64,000 bases of DNA from an uncultured Eubacteriales bacterium (GCA_964428505.1 CAYRYQ010000003.1:803-64802); one strand, 5' to 3'; counted from the stretch's first letter, positions 1 to 11,114 are shown. Numbers and translations: made by a program. The notes: a model not told the origin generated them from the letters alone.

Positions 1-858
1 CATGGCCTTATATTGCTCCAACGCGGCCTCCACCGCTTCCCGCATTTCCGGGTTCAGCCCATCCCCGAAGAATTCCTTGGGAACGCCGATCACCTTGCCC
101 TCTACCGGCCGCCCCATCTGCGGCAGCGTGGGCTCCGCGCGCTTGGAGGTCATATCCAGCGGGTCTTCCCCCGCAATCGCATCCAAAAGATACGCGCAGT
201 CCCGGGCACTTTTGCCGATCGGGCCGATCTGATCCAGCGAGGAAGCAAAGGCCACCAGCCCCGACCGGGAGACCCTGCCGTAGGTGGGTTTCATGCCGGT
301 TACGCCGCAAAAAGCGGCGGGCTGACGGATCGAGCCGCCGGTATCGCTGCCCAAGGCCGCCACGCAGAGCCCCGCGGCCACCGCCGCGGCGCTGCCGCCG
401 GAAGAGCCGCCCGGCACCCGCTCCAGATCATAAGGATTATGGGTAATTCCAAAATAGGAGGTGGTGGTGGACGCGCCCATGGCAAACTCATCCATATTCA
501 GCTTGCCAATAAAGATCGCGCCGGCCTCCTCCAGCCGCCGGGCCACCGTGGCATCGTAGGCGGGCACAAAATCCTCCAGCATTTTGGAAGCGCAGGTGGT
601 GCGCAGCCCCTTGGTGCAGATATTGTCTTTGATCCCCAGCACCATGCCGCACAGCGGGCCCGCGGTTCCTTCTTCGATCTTTTTCTGCGCCGCTTCCGCC
701 TGCTCCATCGCCCGCTCATTCACGGTAATAAAGGCATGAATCGCGGGATCCAGCCGCTCTAAGCGATCCAGATAATACTGCGTCAGCTCCATGGCGGTCA
801 GATCTCCGCCGTCCAGCAGGCCGCGCAGCTCTTTGATTGATTTCAGGTGTAAATTCAT
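1..858 (-). CDS. gatA: Glutamyl-tRNA(Gln)/aspartyl-tRNA(Asn) amidotransferase subunit A, N-terminal 286 codons (continues past the window edge)
   Basis: Hand translation from ATG at 858: MNLHLKSIKELRGLLDGGDLTAMELT. The amidase signature RVPGGSSGGSAAAVAAGLCV is encoded at 361-420. AGGAG RBS upstream. It follows gatC by 12 nt. Absent from the ORF track because no stop lies inside the window. Confidence 0.9.
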   Translation of the reverse strand, partial: MNLHLKSIKELRGLLDGGDLTAMELTQYYLDRLERLDPAIHAFITVNERAMEQAEAAQKKIEEGTAGPLCGMVLGIKDNICTKGLRTTCASKMLEDFVPAYDATVARRLEEAGAIFIGKLNMDEFAMGASTTTSYFGITHNPYDLERVPGGSSGGSAAAVAAGLCVAALGSDTGGSIRQPAAFCGVTGMKPTYGRVSRSGLVAFASSLDQIGPIGKSARDCAYLLDAIAGEDPLDMTSKRAEPTLPQMGRPVEGKVIGVPKEFFGDGLNPEMREAVEAALEQYKAM

Positions 859-870
859 CCGGCCGTTCTC

Positions 871-1155
871 CTAATCCATTAATTTCTGCACCGCAATGAA
901 GTGGTAAAGCTTGCTCTTGGCGCCCGCCACCACCTCATCGGGAGACAGGGAGGGCTGAATTGTATCCTCCCGGAGCAGCTCCATGCCGCCCTCCGCCTTG
1001 AGCGGATAATCCGCTTCGGAGATCTGCACCTCCCGGATGGTATCCATCAGCGTCATAATGCTTTCCAAATCATTTTCCATCTGTTCCTTGGCCTCGCCCT
1101 CAAAGGACAGCTTCGCCAGCTTGGAAAGATGATCCATGAGTGTCTGATCCTTCAT
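871..1155 (-). CDS. gatC: Amidotransferase subunit C
   Basis: Internal ATG of track ORF 871..1305 gives a 94-aa protein, MKDQTLMDHLSKLAKLSFEGEAKEQMENDLESIMTLMDTI..., typical of GatC in length and sequence. It sits directly upstream of gatA. Confidence 0.88.
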   Translation of the reverse strand: MKDQTLMDHLSKLAKLSFEGEAKEQMENDLESIMTLMDTIREVQISEADYPLKAEGGMELLREDTIQPSLSPDEVVAGAKSKLYHFIAVQKLMD

Positions 1156-1166
1156 TTCCGTTCTCC

Positions 1167-2663
<1,497 letters not shown>

Positions 2664-2676
2664 TTATTAATGTATT

Positions 2677-2705
2677 ATTTTACAACCTTTCGGAAAATAT
2701 TGCAA
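2677..2705 (-). promoter_or_regulatory. Putative sigma-70 promoter of guaB-gatCA
   Basis: Minus strand reads TTGCAA, 17 nt, TAAAAT, about 40 nt upstream of the guaB ATG. Confidence 0.5.
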
Positions 2706-2742
2706 GTGCTTTTTGGCAAAAATGAATTCTGACATCCCTCAA

Positions 2743-2772
2743 TTGACAAGCCGATCCAAAATATAGTATAAT
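2743..2772 (+). promoter_or_regulatory. Putative sigma-70 promoter of the topoisomerase pair
   Basis: TTGACA (2743-2748), 18-nt spacer, TATAAT (2767-2772), then AGGAGG before the ATG at 2804. Confidence 0.6.
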
Positions 2773-2803
2773 TTTAGATTGTAATATAAAACAGGAGGCC
2801 TCC

Positions 2804-4789
2804 ATGGCAAGAAAAAACGACTATACGGACGACAGTATTGTAAAATTAAAGGGTCCGGATCAGGTGCGGCTGCGCCCCGGCGTCATTTTCGGTTCCGACG
2901 GGCTGGAGGGCTGCCAGCACGCGGTGTTTGAAATTCTCTCCAATTCCATCGACGAAGCGCGGGAAGGCTTTGGCAAGGAAATCATCGTGACCCGTTTTCA
3001 GGACGGATCCATTGAGGTGGAGGATTTCGGCCGTGGTGTTCCGGTGGGCTATAACCAACGGGAGGAGCGCTTCAACTGGGAGCTGGTATACTGTGAGCTT
3101 TACGCCGGCGGGAAATACAATACCAATCAGGGGCAAAATTATGAGTATTCCCTGGGCCTGAACGGCCTTGGCGCCTGCGCCACCCAATTTGCCTCAGCAT
3201 ACATGGACGTGACCGTTTACCGGGATCAGAAAAAATACACCCTTCACTTTGAGAAGGGCTTCAATGTGGGCGGGCTGCAAGCGGAAGACAGCACCGTCCG
3301 GCGCACCGGCACCATTACCCGCTGGAAGCCCGACCGGGACGTGTTTTCCGACACGGCCATCGGCCGCGCCTTTTTTGAGGACGTGCTGCAAAAGCAGGCG
3401 GTGGTCAACGCGGGTCTTACCTTTATCTTCAAGGATGAAACTGAAAACGGCTTCACCAAAACAGACTATTGCTATCCGGAAGGCATTGTGGACTATGTGC
3501 GGGAGCTGCTGGGCGAAGACGCCCTGTGCGCGCCGGTGTTCTGGCAGGATGAACGCACCGGACGGGACCGGGCAGACCGGCCGGAATACCGGGTGAAGCT
3601 TTCCTGCTGCACCGCCTTTTCCAATCGGGTGAATCTGATCGAGTACTACCACAACTCCAGCTTTTTGGAGCACGGCGGCGCGCCGGACAAGGCGGCGCGG
3701 ATCGCCTTCGTGGCCGAGATCGACGCCTACTTAAAAGCCAACAATAAATATAATAAGGGAGAAAGTAAGATCACCTTCAATGACGTGGCGGACTGTCTGG
3801 TCTTTGTGTCCAACTGCTTTTCCACCATCACCTCCTATGAAAACCAGACCAAAAAAAGCATCACCAATAAATTTATTCAGGAATGCACCACCGATTTTCT
3901 GCGGCAGCATTTAAGGATCTACTTAACCGAAAATCCCAATGAGGCTGCCCGGATCACCGGTCAGGTGCTGATCAATAAACGGGCCCGGGAAAAAAGCGAG
4001 CGGGAGCGGATCAATATCAAAAAGACCCTCTCCGGCAGTCTGGATGTCACCAACCGGATCCAGAAATTTGTGGACTGCCAGACCAAAGACCTCTCCCGGC
4101 GGGAGCTCTACATTGTGGAGGGCGATTCGGCGCTGGGCTCCTGCAAGCAGGGGCGGGACAGCTCTTTTCAGGCCATTATGCCGGTGCGGGGGAAGATCCT
4201 CAACTGCTTAAAATCAGAATATGATAAAATATTCAAGAACGAGATCATTGTGGATCTGCTGAAGGTGCTGGGCTGCGGGGTGGAGATCGAGGGAAAGGCC
4301 GCGCGCGGCATGCAGGGCTTTAACCTTTCGGCGCTCCGATGGAATAAGGTGATCATCTGCACCGATGCGGATGTGGACGGGTTTCAGATCCGCACCCTGA
4401 TTCTCACGATGCTTTACCGGCTCACGCCGACGTTGATCGAGGAGGGCTATGTCTACATTGCGGAGTCTCCTCTTTTTGAGATCACCGACAAAACCAAAAA
4501 AGAAACCTATTTTGCCTATACGGATAAAGAAAAGGAAGCGCTGCTTCAGAAGCTTCGCGGGCACAAGGTCTCCATCATGCGCAGCAAGGGGCTGGGCGAA
4601 AACGAGCCGGACATGATGTGGCAGACCACCATGAACCCGGAGACCCGCCGCCTGGTGAGAGTCGCGCCCGCGGACGCCTGCAAAACAGCGGAAATGTTCG
4701 ACATCCTGCTGGGCGACAACCTGCCCGGCCGCAAGGAATATATCGCGGCCAACGGCAATCTTTATCTGGACGATCTGGATTTGTCCTAA
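2804..4789 (+). CDS. Type IIA DNA topoisomerase ATPase subunit B (ParE/GyrB-like)
   Basis: 661 aa. GHKL ATPase N-terminus (EILSNSIDEAREG), Toprim motifs (YIVEGDSALGS, ICTDADVDGFQI). Followed 10 nt later by the A subunit. Confidence 0.9.
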   Translation: MARKNDYTDDSIVKLKGPDQVRLRPGVIFGSDGLEGCQHAVFEILSNSIDEAREGFGKEIIVTRFQDGSIEVEDFGRGVPVGYNQREERFNWELVYCELYAGGKYNTNQGQNYEYSLGLNGLGACATQFASAYMDVTVYRDQKKYTLHFEKGFNVGGLQAEDSTVRRTGTITRWKPDRDVFSDTAIGRAFFEDVLQKQAVVNAGLTFIFKDETENGFTKTDYCYPEGIVDYVRELLGEDALCAPVFWQDERTGRDRADRPEYRVKLSCCTAFSNRVNLIEYYHNSSFLEHGGAPDKAARIAFVAEIDAYLKANNKYNKGESKITFNDVADCLVFVSNCFSTITSYENQTKKSITNKFIQECTTDFLRQHLRIYLTENPNEAARITGQVLINKRAREKSERERINIKKTLSGSLDVTNRIQKFVDCQTKDLSRRELYIVEGDSALGSCKQGRDSSFQAIMPVRGKILNCLKSEYDKIFKNEIIVDLLKVLGCGVEIEGKAARGMQGFNLSALRWNKVIICTDADVDGFQIRTLILTMLYRLTPTLIEEGYVYIAESPLFEITDKTKKETYFAYTDKEKEALLQKLRGHKVSIMRSKGLGENEPDMMWQTTMNPETRRLVRVAPADACKTAEMFDILLGDNLPGRKEYIAANGNLYLDDLDLS

Positions 4790-4798
4790 GGAGCGTTT

Positions 4799-7006
4799 AT
4801 GAAAAAACAAATTAAAAATAAAGAATATCAGGAAAAAGAGCCGATCTTACGCGATGTGGTTGAAACGCTGGAAAGCAACTATATGCCCTATGCCATGAGC
4901 GTGATCCTCTCCCGGGCGATCCCGGAAATCGACGGACTCAAGCCCGCGCACCGGAAGCTGCTCTATACCATGTATAAAAAGAGCCTGCTGACCGGCGACC
5001 GCACCAAGAGCGCCAATATCGTGGGCGAGACCATGAAGCTGAACCCGCACGGGGACGCCGCCATTTATGAAACCATGGTGCGTCTTTCCCGGGGCTATGA
5101 AGCCCTTCCCTATCCGCTCATCGATTCCAAAGGGAATTTCGGCAAGGTTTATTCCCGGGATATGGCCTATGCCGCCGCCCGCTATACCGAAGCAAAGCTG
5201 GCGCCCATCTGCCGGGAGCTGTTTGACGATATCGATCAGGACACAGTGGATTTTGTTCCCAACTACGACAACACCCTGCGGGAACCCACGCTGCTGCCGG
5301 TCTCCTTTCCCACCATCCTCACCACGCCCAATCAGGGGATCGCGGTGGGCATGGCCTCCAACATCTGCCCCTTCAATCTGGCGGAAGTGTGCGACACTGT
5401 GATCGCGCTGCTGGAAAACCCCGATCATCCGCTGGAGCTGACTCTGCCGGGGCCTGATTTTTCCACCGGCGGGTTTCTGCTGGTGGAAAAAAGCCAGCTG
5501 AAAGAAATTTATGCGGCCGGCCGGGGCAGCCTCCGGGTGCGCGCGCGCTATACCATCGAGGCCAAAACCGGCCTGATCCGGGTCGCAGAAATTCCCTACA
5601 CCACCACCATCGAAGCCATCATCGACAAGATTGTGGAGCTGATCAAAAGCGGAAAGCTGAAAGACATTGCCGATGTGAAAGACATGTCCGACAAAGCCGG
5701 GCTTTGCATCACCATCGAGCCCAAACGCGGATGTGATCCGGCGCTGCTGATGGCAAAGCTCTTTAAGATGACCCCGCTGGAAGACAGCTTCGGCTGCAAC
5801 TTCAACGTGCTGGTGGGCGGCAGCCCCCAGGTAAAGGGCGTGCGGGCGCTGATCGAAGAATGGCTGGCCTTCCGCATGGAATGCATCCGGCGGCGTTCTT
5901 ATTTTTCTCTCGCCCGTACCAAAGAAAAGCTGCATCTGCTGCTGGGGCTGAAAAAAATCCTGCTGGATATCGACAAGGCCGTGCGCATTGTGCGGGAAAC
6001 CGAGCACGAAGAGGAAGTGGTGCCAAACCTGATGATCGGCTTTGGCATTGATGAGACGCAGGCAGAATATATTGCCAATATCAAGCTGCGCTATCTCAAT
6101 AAGGAATACATTTTAAACCGGCTGGAAGAAATCGCGGCGCTGGAGCGTCAGATTACGGATCTGGAAGAAATTCTCCGCAATAAAACCAGGATCCGCGCGC
6201 TGATTAAAGAAGATCTGACCCGGGTGAAAAAGCTCTATGGCGCACCCCGGAAAACCACGCTGCTTTATGAAGATCAGCTCAGAGAAATTGATGAAACAGA
6301 GCATATCGAGGATTATCCGGTCACCTTCTTTTTGACCAAGGGCGGCTATTTTAAGAAAATCACGCCCCAGTCTCTTCGGATGAGCAGCGCGCAGAAGCTC
6401 AAGGACGGAGACGCCGTCGGTCAGGAGCTCCTATCTTCCAACAAAGCCGAGCTTCTCTTTTTCACCTCCGCCCAAAACGCCTATAAGGGAAAGGGCTATG
6501 ATTTTGAAGACACCAAAGCCAGCCTGATGGGCGATTATCTGCCCGCCAGGCTGGAAATGGCGCCGGAGGAGCAGGTGGTTGCCATGGCGGCCACGCAAGA
6601 CTTCAGCGGCGACATGATCTTTTTCTTTGAAAACGGGAAGGCGGCACGCATTGCGCTGCAGGCCTATCAAACCGTCACCAACCGGCGCAAGCTGGTCAAT
6701 GCCTTCAGTGATAAATCGCCGCTGGTCGCCGCGTTTTTGCTGACAAAGGAGCAGGATTTTGCGCTTTTCTCCACCAATCAAAAGGTGCTGATCCTTCATT
6801 CCACGCTGATTCCGGTCAAGACCACCAAATCCGCGCAGGGGATCTCCGCCATGACCCAAAAGGGCAAACACCGGCTGGAAGCGGTGGTTCCACTGGAAAA
6901 CGCCGGGATCGGCAACACCGCCTATTACCGGGCCAAAAATCTGCCCGCGGTGGGGCACCAGCTTCGGCAGCAGGATCTGAACAGCGATCAGATCACCTTT
7001 TCATAA
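4799..7006 (+). CDS. Type IIA DNA topoisomerase subunit A (ParC/GyrA-like)
   Basis: 735 aa. LKPAHRKLLYTMY, GETMKLNPHGDAAIYETMVRLS, active-site region AAARYTEAKL. Confidence 0.9.
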   Translation: MKKQIKNKEYQEKEPILRDVVETLESNYMPYAMSVILSRAIPEIDGLKPAHRKLLYTMYKKSLLTGDRTKSANIVGETMKLNPHGDAAIYETMVRLSRGYEALPYPLIDSKGNFGKVYSRDMAYAAARYTEAKLAPICRELFDDIDQDTVDFVPNYDNTLREPTLLPVSFPTILTTPNQGIAVGMASNICPFNLAEVCDTVIALLENPDHPLELTLPGPDFSTGGFLLVEKSQLKEIYAAGRGSLRVRARYTIEAKTGLIRVAEIPYTTTIEAIIDKIVELIKSGKLKDIADVKDMSDKAGLCITIEPKRGCDPALLMAKLFKMTPLEDSFGCNFNVLVGGSPQVKGVRALIEEWLAFRMECIRRRSYFSLARTKEKLHLLLGLKKILLDIDKAVRIVRETEHEEEVVPNLMIGFGIDETQAEYIANIKLRYLNKEYILNRLEEIAALERQITDLEEILRNKTRIRALIKEDLTRVKKLYGAPRKTTLLYEDQLREIDETEHIEDYPVTFFLTKGGYFKKITPQSLRMSSAQKLKDGDAVGQELLSSNKAELLFFTSAQNAYKGKGYDFEDTKASLMGDYLPARLEMAPEEQVVAMAATQDFSGDMIFFFENGKAARIALQAYQTVTNRRKLVNAFSDKSPLVAAFLLTKEQDFALFSTNQKVLILHSTLIPVKTTKSAQGISAMTQKGKHRLEAVVPLENAGIGNTAYYRAKNLPAVGHQLRQQDLNSDQITFS

Positions 7007-7020
7007 TCATCTATAGTGAA

Positions 7021-7050
7021 AAGGCCCCCCGGTGGGGGAGCCTTTTAAAA
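7021..7050. terminator. Bidirectional rho-independent terminator
   Basis: AAGGCCCCCC / GGGGGAGCCTT hairpin flanked by T and A runs. It lies between the convergent topoisomerase A gene and the small minus-strand ORF. Confidence 0.7.
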
Positions 7051-7056
7051 AAGGAA

Positions 7057-7152
7057 TTAGTCGTTGCAGCAGCAGCAAAATAACAGGATAATAACAAGAA
7101 TGACCAGCAAGCAACCGTTGTCTTCAAACAGATTGTTTAAGCAACCGCACAT
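7057..7152 (-). CDS. Candidate 31-aa Cys-rich hydrophobic micropeptide (not in the ORF track, which lists no ORF shorter than 60 aa)
   Basis: ATG 7152 to TAA 7057-7059 encodes MCGCLNNLFEDNGCLLVILVIILLFCCCCND. GGAGG lies 7 nt upstream and the terminator is immediately downstream. Confidence 0.5.
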   Translation of the reverse strand: MCGCLNNLFEDNGCLLVILVIILLFCCCCND

Positions 7153-7226
7153 GAACCTTCCCTCCTTTTCCTTATTTGTTGTATCCTATGTATAGAGTCA
7201 AAAGTGTGTGACAGAAAGGATTTTCC

Positions 7227-7910
7227 ATGGCTGAAAAAATTTATACCATTCCGATCCATGAGGCGTTTTCCCTCAAAAAAGGCTGTCCTTTGTGCACCAT
7301 CAGGATGCGTCTTATGCAAGAGGAGGGAACCCGGATTCTGGGCGCCGCGATGATGGAGCCGGAGATCCGCCGGCAAACCAACCGGTTGGGCTTCTGCAAA
7401 GCGCATCTGCAGCAGATGGCCGATGCGGGGCAGCAGCTACCGCTGGCGCTGATGCTCTCCACTCATCTGGAAACGCTGGGGGAGGCCCTTTTTATCAAAA
7501 CAAAACCACCTCTGTCCAAAGAACCGGGCGAAAAAAAACTGGCGGACGCCTATCAGAAAGCCCGGTCCAGCTGCTATCTGTGCGACCGGGTCTCTGAATT
7601 TATGACGCGCGTTTATGAAAATCTATGCTATTATTATACGACCGAGGAGCCTTTCCGGGCCCTCTTTTCCCAGCAGGAATTTTTTTGCGAAACACACAGC
7701 GCCCGGCTGCTGGACGAAGCAAAAAAGCAGCTGCCCAAGCGACTGGCGGCGCCATTTTCCACGCAGCTGGCCGCCTGCAACCAACGTTATCTTCACCAGC
7801 TGAGGGAAGATCTCGACTGGTTTTGCAAAAAATTTGATTACCGCTATGAGAAGGAAGACTGGAAAAACGCGAAGGATGCGGTGGAACGCACCGTTCGCTA
7901 TCTCTCATAA
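7227..7910 (+). CDS. Uncharacterised CxxC-containing protein (I believe the DUF6062 type; low certainty on the family name)
   Basis: 227 aa, soluble. Two CxxC pairs (GCPLC, SCYLCD) plus conserved-looking GFCKAH and FFCETH. Confidence 0.6.
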   Translation: MAEKIYTIPIHEAFSLKKGCPLCTIRMRLMQEEGTRILGAAMMEPEIRRQTNRLGFCKAHLQQMADAGQQLPLALMLSTHLETLGEALFIKTKPPLSKEPGEKKLADAYQKARSSCYLCDRVSEFMTRVYENLCYYYTTEEPFRALFSQQEFFCETHSARLLDEAKKQLPKRLAAPFSTQLAACNQRYLHQLREDLDWFCKKFDYRYEKEDWKNAKDAVERTVRYLS

Positions 7911-7937
7911 GAAGCAAAGAAAGGAGGCGTATCCCCG

Positions 7938-8606
7938 GTGAGCACCAACCACTCTCCGCGCTGTACCCCGGTATTTTATCCGTTTAAAGAAGAGCTTTAT
8001 TCCGCCATCTCCCATGGGTTGGGCGCCCTGTTCGGCATCTTCGCGCTGGTTTACATGGTTGCGCTTTCCGCACGGCACGGCAATGCGCTTGCAATCGTGG
8101 CCTCCTCCATCTATGGGGGCTCTCTGATCATTCTCTATACAATCTCCACCCTTTCCCACGCCCTCACCGGCTGGCAGGCCAAAAAGGTGTTCCGGATTCT
8201 GGATCATGTGACCATTTTCCTCTTGATCGCGGGAACCTATACGCCCTTGTCGCTGATCACGCTGGAAGGGGCTTTGGGTTGGGTGATCTTCGGGATTCAG
8301 TGGAGTATCGCCATTGTGGGGATTGTTATGAGCGCTGTATCCCTGGACCGCTTCAAGCCCCTCTCGATGGTGATCTATCTTGTGATGGGCTGGTGCATCA
8401 TAATCGCCGCCTTTCCCATGATCCGGGCCATGGACCCGGCTGGGCTGGTCTATCTGCTGGGCGGCGGGCTGTTTTATTCCGGCGGCATCCTCTTCTACCA
8501 GATCAAGGGGCCCTATATGCATGCCATCTGGCACACTTTTGTGCTGATCGGCTCAGTGCTGCAGTTTATCACCGTATGTCTTTACGTGCTGCCCAAAACC
8601 TTCTGA
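7938..8606 (+). CDS. Hemolysin III / PAQR family membrane protein
   Basis: 222 aa with 7 predicted TM helices. Motifs ILDHVTIFLLIAGTYTP and HAIWHTFVLIGS. GTG start preceded by AAGGAGG. Confidence 0.88.
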   Translation: MSTNHSPRCTPVFYPFKEELYSAISHGLGALFGIFALVYMVALSARHGNALAIVASSIYGGSLIILYTISTLSHALTGWQAKKVFRILDHVTIFLLIAGTYTPLSLITLEGALGWVIFGIQWSIAIVGIVMSAVSLDRFKPLSMVIYLVMGWCIIIAAFPMIRAMDPAGLVYLLGGGLFYSGGILFYQIKGPYMHAIWHTFVLIGSVLQFITVCLYVLPKTF

Positions 8607-8627
8607 CGCACTTTCCCCGCTTTTTTC

Positions 8628-8667
8628 AAGGCCTGTTCTCCTCAAAAAAAGAGAACAGGCCTTTTCT
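8628..8667 (+). terminator. Rho-independent terminator
   Basis: AAGGCCTGTTCTC, 10-nt loop, GAGAACAGGCCTT, then a T run. Confidence 0.8.
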
Positions 8668-8704
8668 AATTGGTTACAAAATTGTAACTATTTTTAAATA
8701 GGAC

Positions 8705-8733
8705 TTGACAAATGCTCTATTTCACGGTATACT
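8705..8733 (+). promoter_or_regulatory. Putative sigma-70 promoter
   Basis: TTGACA (8705-8710), 17 nt, TATACT (8728-8733). It would give a leader of about 140 nt before the ATG at 8874. Confidence 0.6.
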
Positions 8734-8873
8734 GTGTAACAGTTTTGTAATTTCTAAAGAGAAGTTGTAATTAAAAAAGCAGTTATTGCATAAACTGGAA
8801 AGACCGATCCAAACTAATGACAAAACAGGATAGAAAACCCTTCTGAATTGTCACGAAACAATGAGATTTATCT

Positions 8874-10046
8874 ATGAGAACAGCGAAGAACAAAATCCAA
8901 CGCCTCTGCGGGCGGCTGGTTCAAACGCTTCGCAGACACTCTTCCCGCATCTTTTGCCGCTTCGGGCAGATTTTTTCTGCGTTTGGCAAGCGGGTTGAGC
9001 CCATCATCCAAAAGCTGCGCGGATCTTTCAGCGCAAAATGCCGCGTCTTTTTCAAAGACATCGGCCGGTTTCTGAGCCTGCACCGCATCCCGATGACCGT
9101 TTTCAGCGGGCTTGCGCTGATGACGATGCTGATGTCGGTGATCACGGTGACCGTTCATCAGGTCACGGTGCTGGAAGATGGCGTGCAGGTGGCCTCGTTT
9201 TATTCGATCCCCGCCGATGAGCAGAGCCTGCTCCAAAAAAGCGCGCTTTCCCTGAAAGAGGGCGATCTCGTTGCGCTGGAGGAAAATGGCGGCCGGATTA
9301 CCCTCTCCGTCACCCGGGCGTTCCCCGTTTTTGTGCACGCGGATGGTGAAGCGGTGCTGGTCATGATGACTAGCGGCACCGTGGCAGACGCGCTAAAACA
9401 GGCGGGCCTTTCGCGGAGCGAGCAGGATCAGCTGAACTATACGCCGGAAACGCCGGTGGAAAACGACATGCAGATCGCGCTGGACCGCGTCAGAAACGAT
9501 CAGGTGATCGAAACGGTTTCTCTCAGCTATGAAACCAAAAAGGTCAACACCGGCGATCTCTACGTGGGCGAAACCAAAGTGCAAGCAGAAGGCGCAAAGG
9601 GTGAAAAAGTCAATAGCTATTCCGTCACCTATGTCAACGGCGCGGAAACAAAGCGGGAGCTTTGCTCCTCAACGGTGACAAAGGAGCCTGAAAACCGGGT
9701 CATTCTGGTGGGCACCAAGGTCAAAGCCAGCTTTAAAAAGACCGCCTCTACCCCCACCTCCTATCGGAAAGTGGTTGCCATGACCGCCACCGCCTATGTG
9801 GGCGGCGGCAGAACCGCCACAGGGCGCAAAGCCGAATGGGGCGTGATTGCGGTGGATCCCAGTGTAATTCCTCTGGGCACCCGGGTCTATGTGGAAACGG
9901 CGGACGGCAACTATATTTACGGTACAGCGGTTGCCGCGGATATCGGCGGCGCCATCAAGGGCAATAAGATCGACATCTGCGTCAACACCGCGTCGGAAGC
10001 CAACTCTTTTGGCAGAAGAAGCGTCAATGTTTATATCCTGGATTAG
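8874..10046 (+). CDS. DUF348/G5/3D-domain cell-wall protein (YabE/RpfB-like)
   Basis: 390 aa. N-terminal TM helix, G5-like segment (YETKKVNTGDLYVGETKVQAEGAKGEK) and C-terminal 3D domain (ATAYVGGGRTATGRKAEWGVIAVDPSVIPLGTRVYV). The start codon is uncertain because no good RBS is present. Confidence 0.85.
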   Translation: MRTAKNKIQRLCGRLVQTLRRHSSRIFCRFGQIFSAFGKRVEPIIQKLRGSFSAKCRVFFKDIGRFLSLHRIPMTVFSGLALMTMLMSVITVTVHQVTVLEDGVQVASFYSIPADEQSLLQKSALSLKEGDLVALEENGGRITLSVTRAFPVFVHADGEAVLVMMTSGTVADALKQAGLSRSEQDQLNYTPETPVENDMQIALDRVRNDQVIETVSLSYETKKVNTGDLYVGETKVQAEGAKGEKVNSYSVTYVNGAETKRELCSSTVTKEPENRVILVGTKVKASFKKTASTPTSYRKVVAMTATAYVGGGRTATGRKAEWGVIAVDPSVIPLGTRVYVETADGNYIYGTAVAADIGGAIKGNKIDICVNTASEANSFGRRSVNVYILD

Positions 10047-10080
10047 TTTTCCGCTGAACGCGGCTTTATAAAACAGCAAA

Positions 10081-10127
10081 AAGGCTCCTCCCTTCCGGTG
10101 TTCCGGAAGGGGGGAGCCTTTTTTTGC
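10081..10127. terminator. Bidirectional rho-independent terminator
   Basis: 18-bp stem AAGGCTCCTCCCTTCCGG / CCGGAAGGGGGGAGCCTT with an A run before and a T run after. Confidence 0.85.
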
Positions 10128-10170
10128 GCGTTCGGGCTTTTTGATGTTTTCGGCCCCACCGCCGCCCGCA

Positions 10171-10974
10171 TCATCGGCGCTTTTCCGGCTGGAGCGCGTC
10201 CCTCTCTTCCGGCGCGCTCCGGCTGTAAAGATAGCGGGAAGGCGCAATTCCCGCCCATTTCTTAAAAACGGTGCTGAAATATTTCGCGTCGGTAAACCCC
10301 GCCTGCAGCGCCACCTGCTCCACCGGCAGGCAACGGCTTTCCAATAAAGACAGCGCATAGGAAAGCCGTTTCCCGGTTATAAACTGCCGGGGCGTGCTGC
10401 CGGTAGCGGCGCGAAACCGCTTGCGAAAATAGGCTTCGCTGACAAAACACTGCTGCGCCAGTGCCGCCACGGAGAGCGCGGGGTCTGTGAAATGCTCGTT
10501 GAGGTATTCAAAAGCAGGGCGAAGCTGTTCCGGAATATCCGGAAGGACTTCCGCGCCGATCTCCGCGCGGATCAGCGCGAGGATCTGATAAAAGAAGCCG
10601 GACGCCTGATAAAAATAGCCAGGCTCCTTGCCCTGCCAGCATTGGAGCGCCTGCTCAAAGAGCGCGCGCACCGGCGCAGCGTGGATCGGCCGGTACATTT
10701 CAATATTGCCGGAATAGTACCGGTCCAGCTCAAAATGAATCACCACCATCCGATCGCGCACGGCATTCCGCCGGTAAAGAAGATGCGCGGGAAAATACCC
10801 GACCGTGTCTGCGCCCGCGTGCAGCGTGCGATCCCGGAAGGATAGCTGGGTGTCCGCGTCCAGCCGGAAGGAAAGGGCATGATAATTGCGCTGATTGTAG
10901 GAGACGGAATTCTTCTGGTCCAGCGCAAGAACATCCAGCAGGCGCGCCTGCAAATGATCCTGATCGAAAAACAA
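10171..10974 (-). CDS. AraC family transcriptional regulator
   Basis: 267 aa. N-terminal cupin-like sensor and C-terminal double HTH (SVAALAQQCFVSEAYFRKRFRAATGSTPRQF ... QVALQAGFTDAKYFSTVFKKWAGIAPSRY). Confidence 0.9.
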   Translation of the reverse strand: MFFDQDHLQARLLDVLALDQKNSVSYNQRNYHALSFRLDADTQLSFRDRTLHAGADTVGYFPAHLLYRRNAVRDRMVVIHFELDRYYSGNIEMYRPIHAAPVRALFEQALQCWQGKEPGYFYQASGFFYQILALIRAEIGAEVLPDIPEQLRPAFEYLNEHFTDPALSVAALAQQCFVSEAYFRKRFRAATGSTPRQFITGKRLSYALSLLESRCLPVEQVALQAGFTDAKYFSTVFKKWAGIAPSRYLYSRSAPEERDALQPEKRR

Positions 10975-11114
10975 TGCTTGATCCCTCCTTTTTCGCCTAT
11001 TGTACCCAGATTTGTTTCGAAAGTCAAACCTTTTGAATCAAGGGGCGGGTTTCCTTACCCGGCAGGGCGCCTTATAATGAGAGCAGAAAATCATAAAAAG
11101 GAAGGGCGGAAACC

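Noticed and set aside
13-762. 249-aa plus-strand ORF at the left edge
   Set aside because: It lies antisense to gatA, whose amidase signature GGSSGGSAAAVA is readable on the minus strand. The real gene is missing from the track only because it lacks an in-window stop.
4847-6007. 386-aa minus-strand ORF
   Set aside because: It lies antisense to the ParC/GyrA-like gene and has a low-complexity Gly/His/Arg/Pro-rich translation.
8734-8873. Possible c-di-AMP (ydaO-type) riboswitch ahead of the YabE/Rpf-like cell-wall gene
   Set aside because: The leader is AT-rich and lacks the GC-rich conserved ydaO helices and motifs. It contains only short TTGTAAT-like direct repeats.
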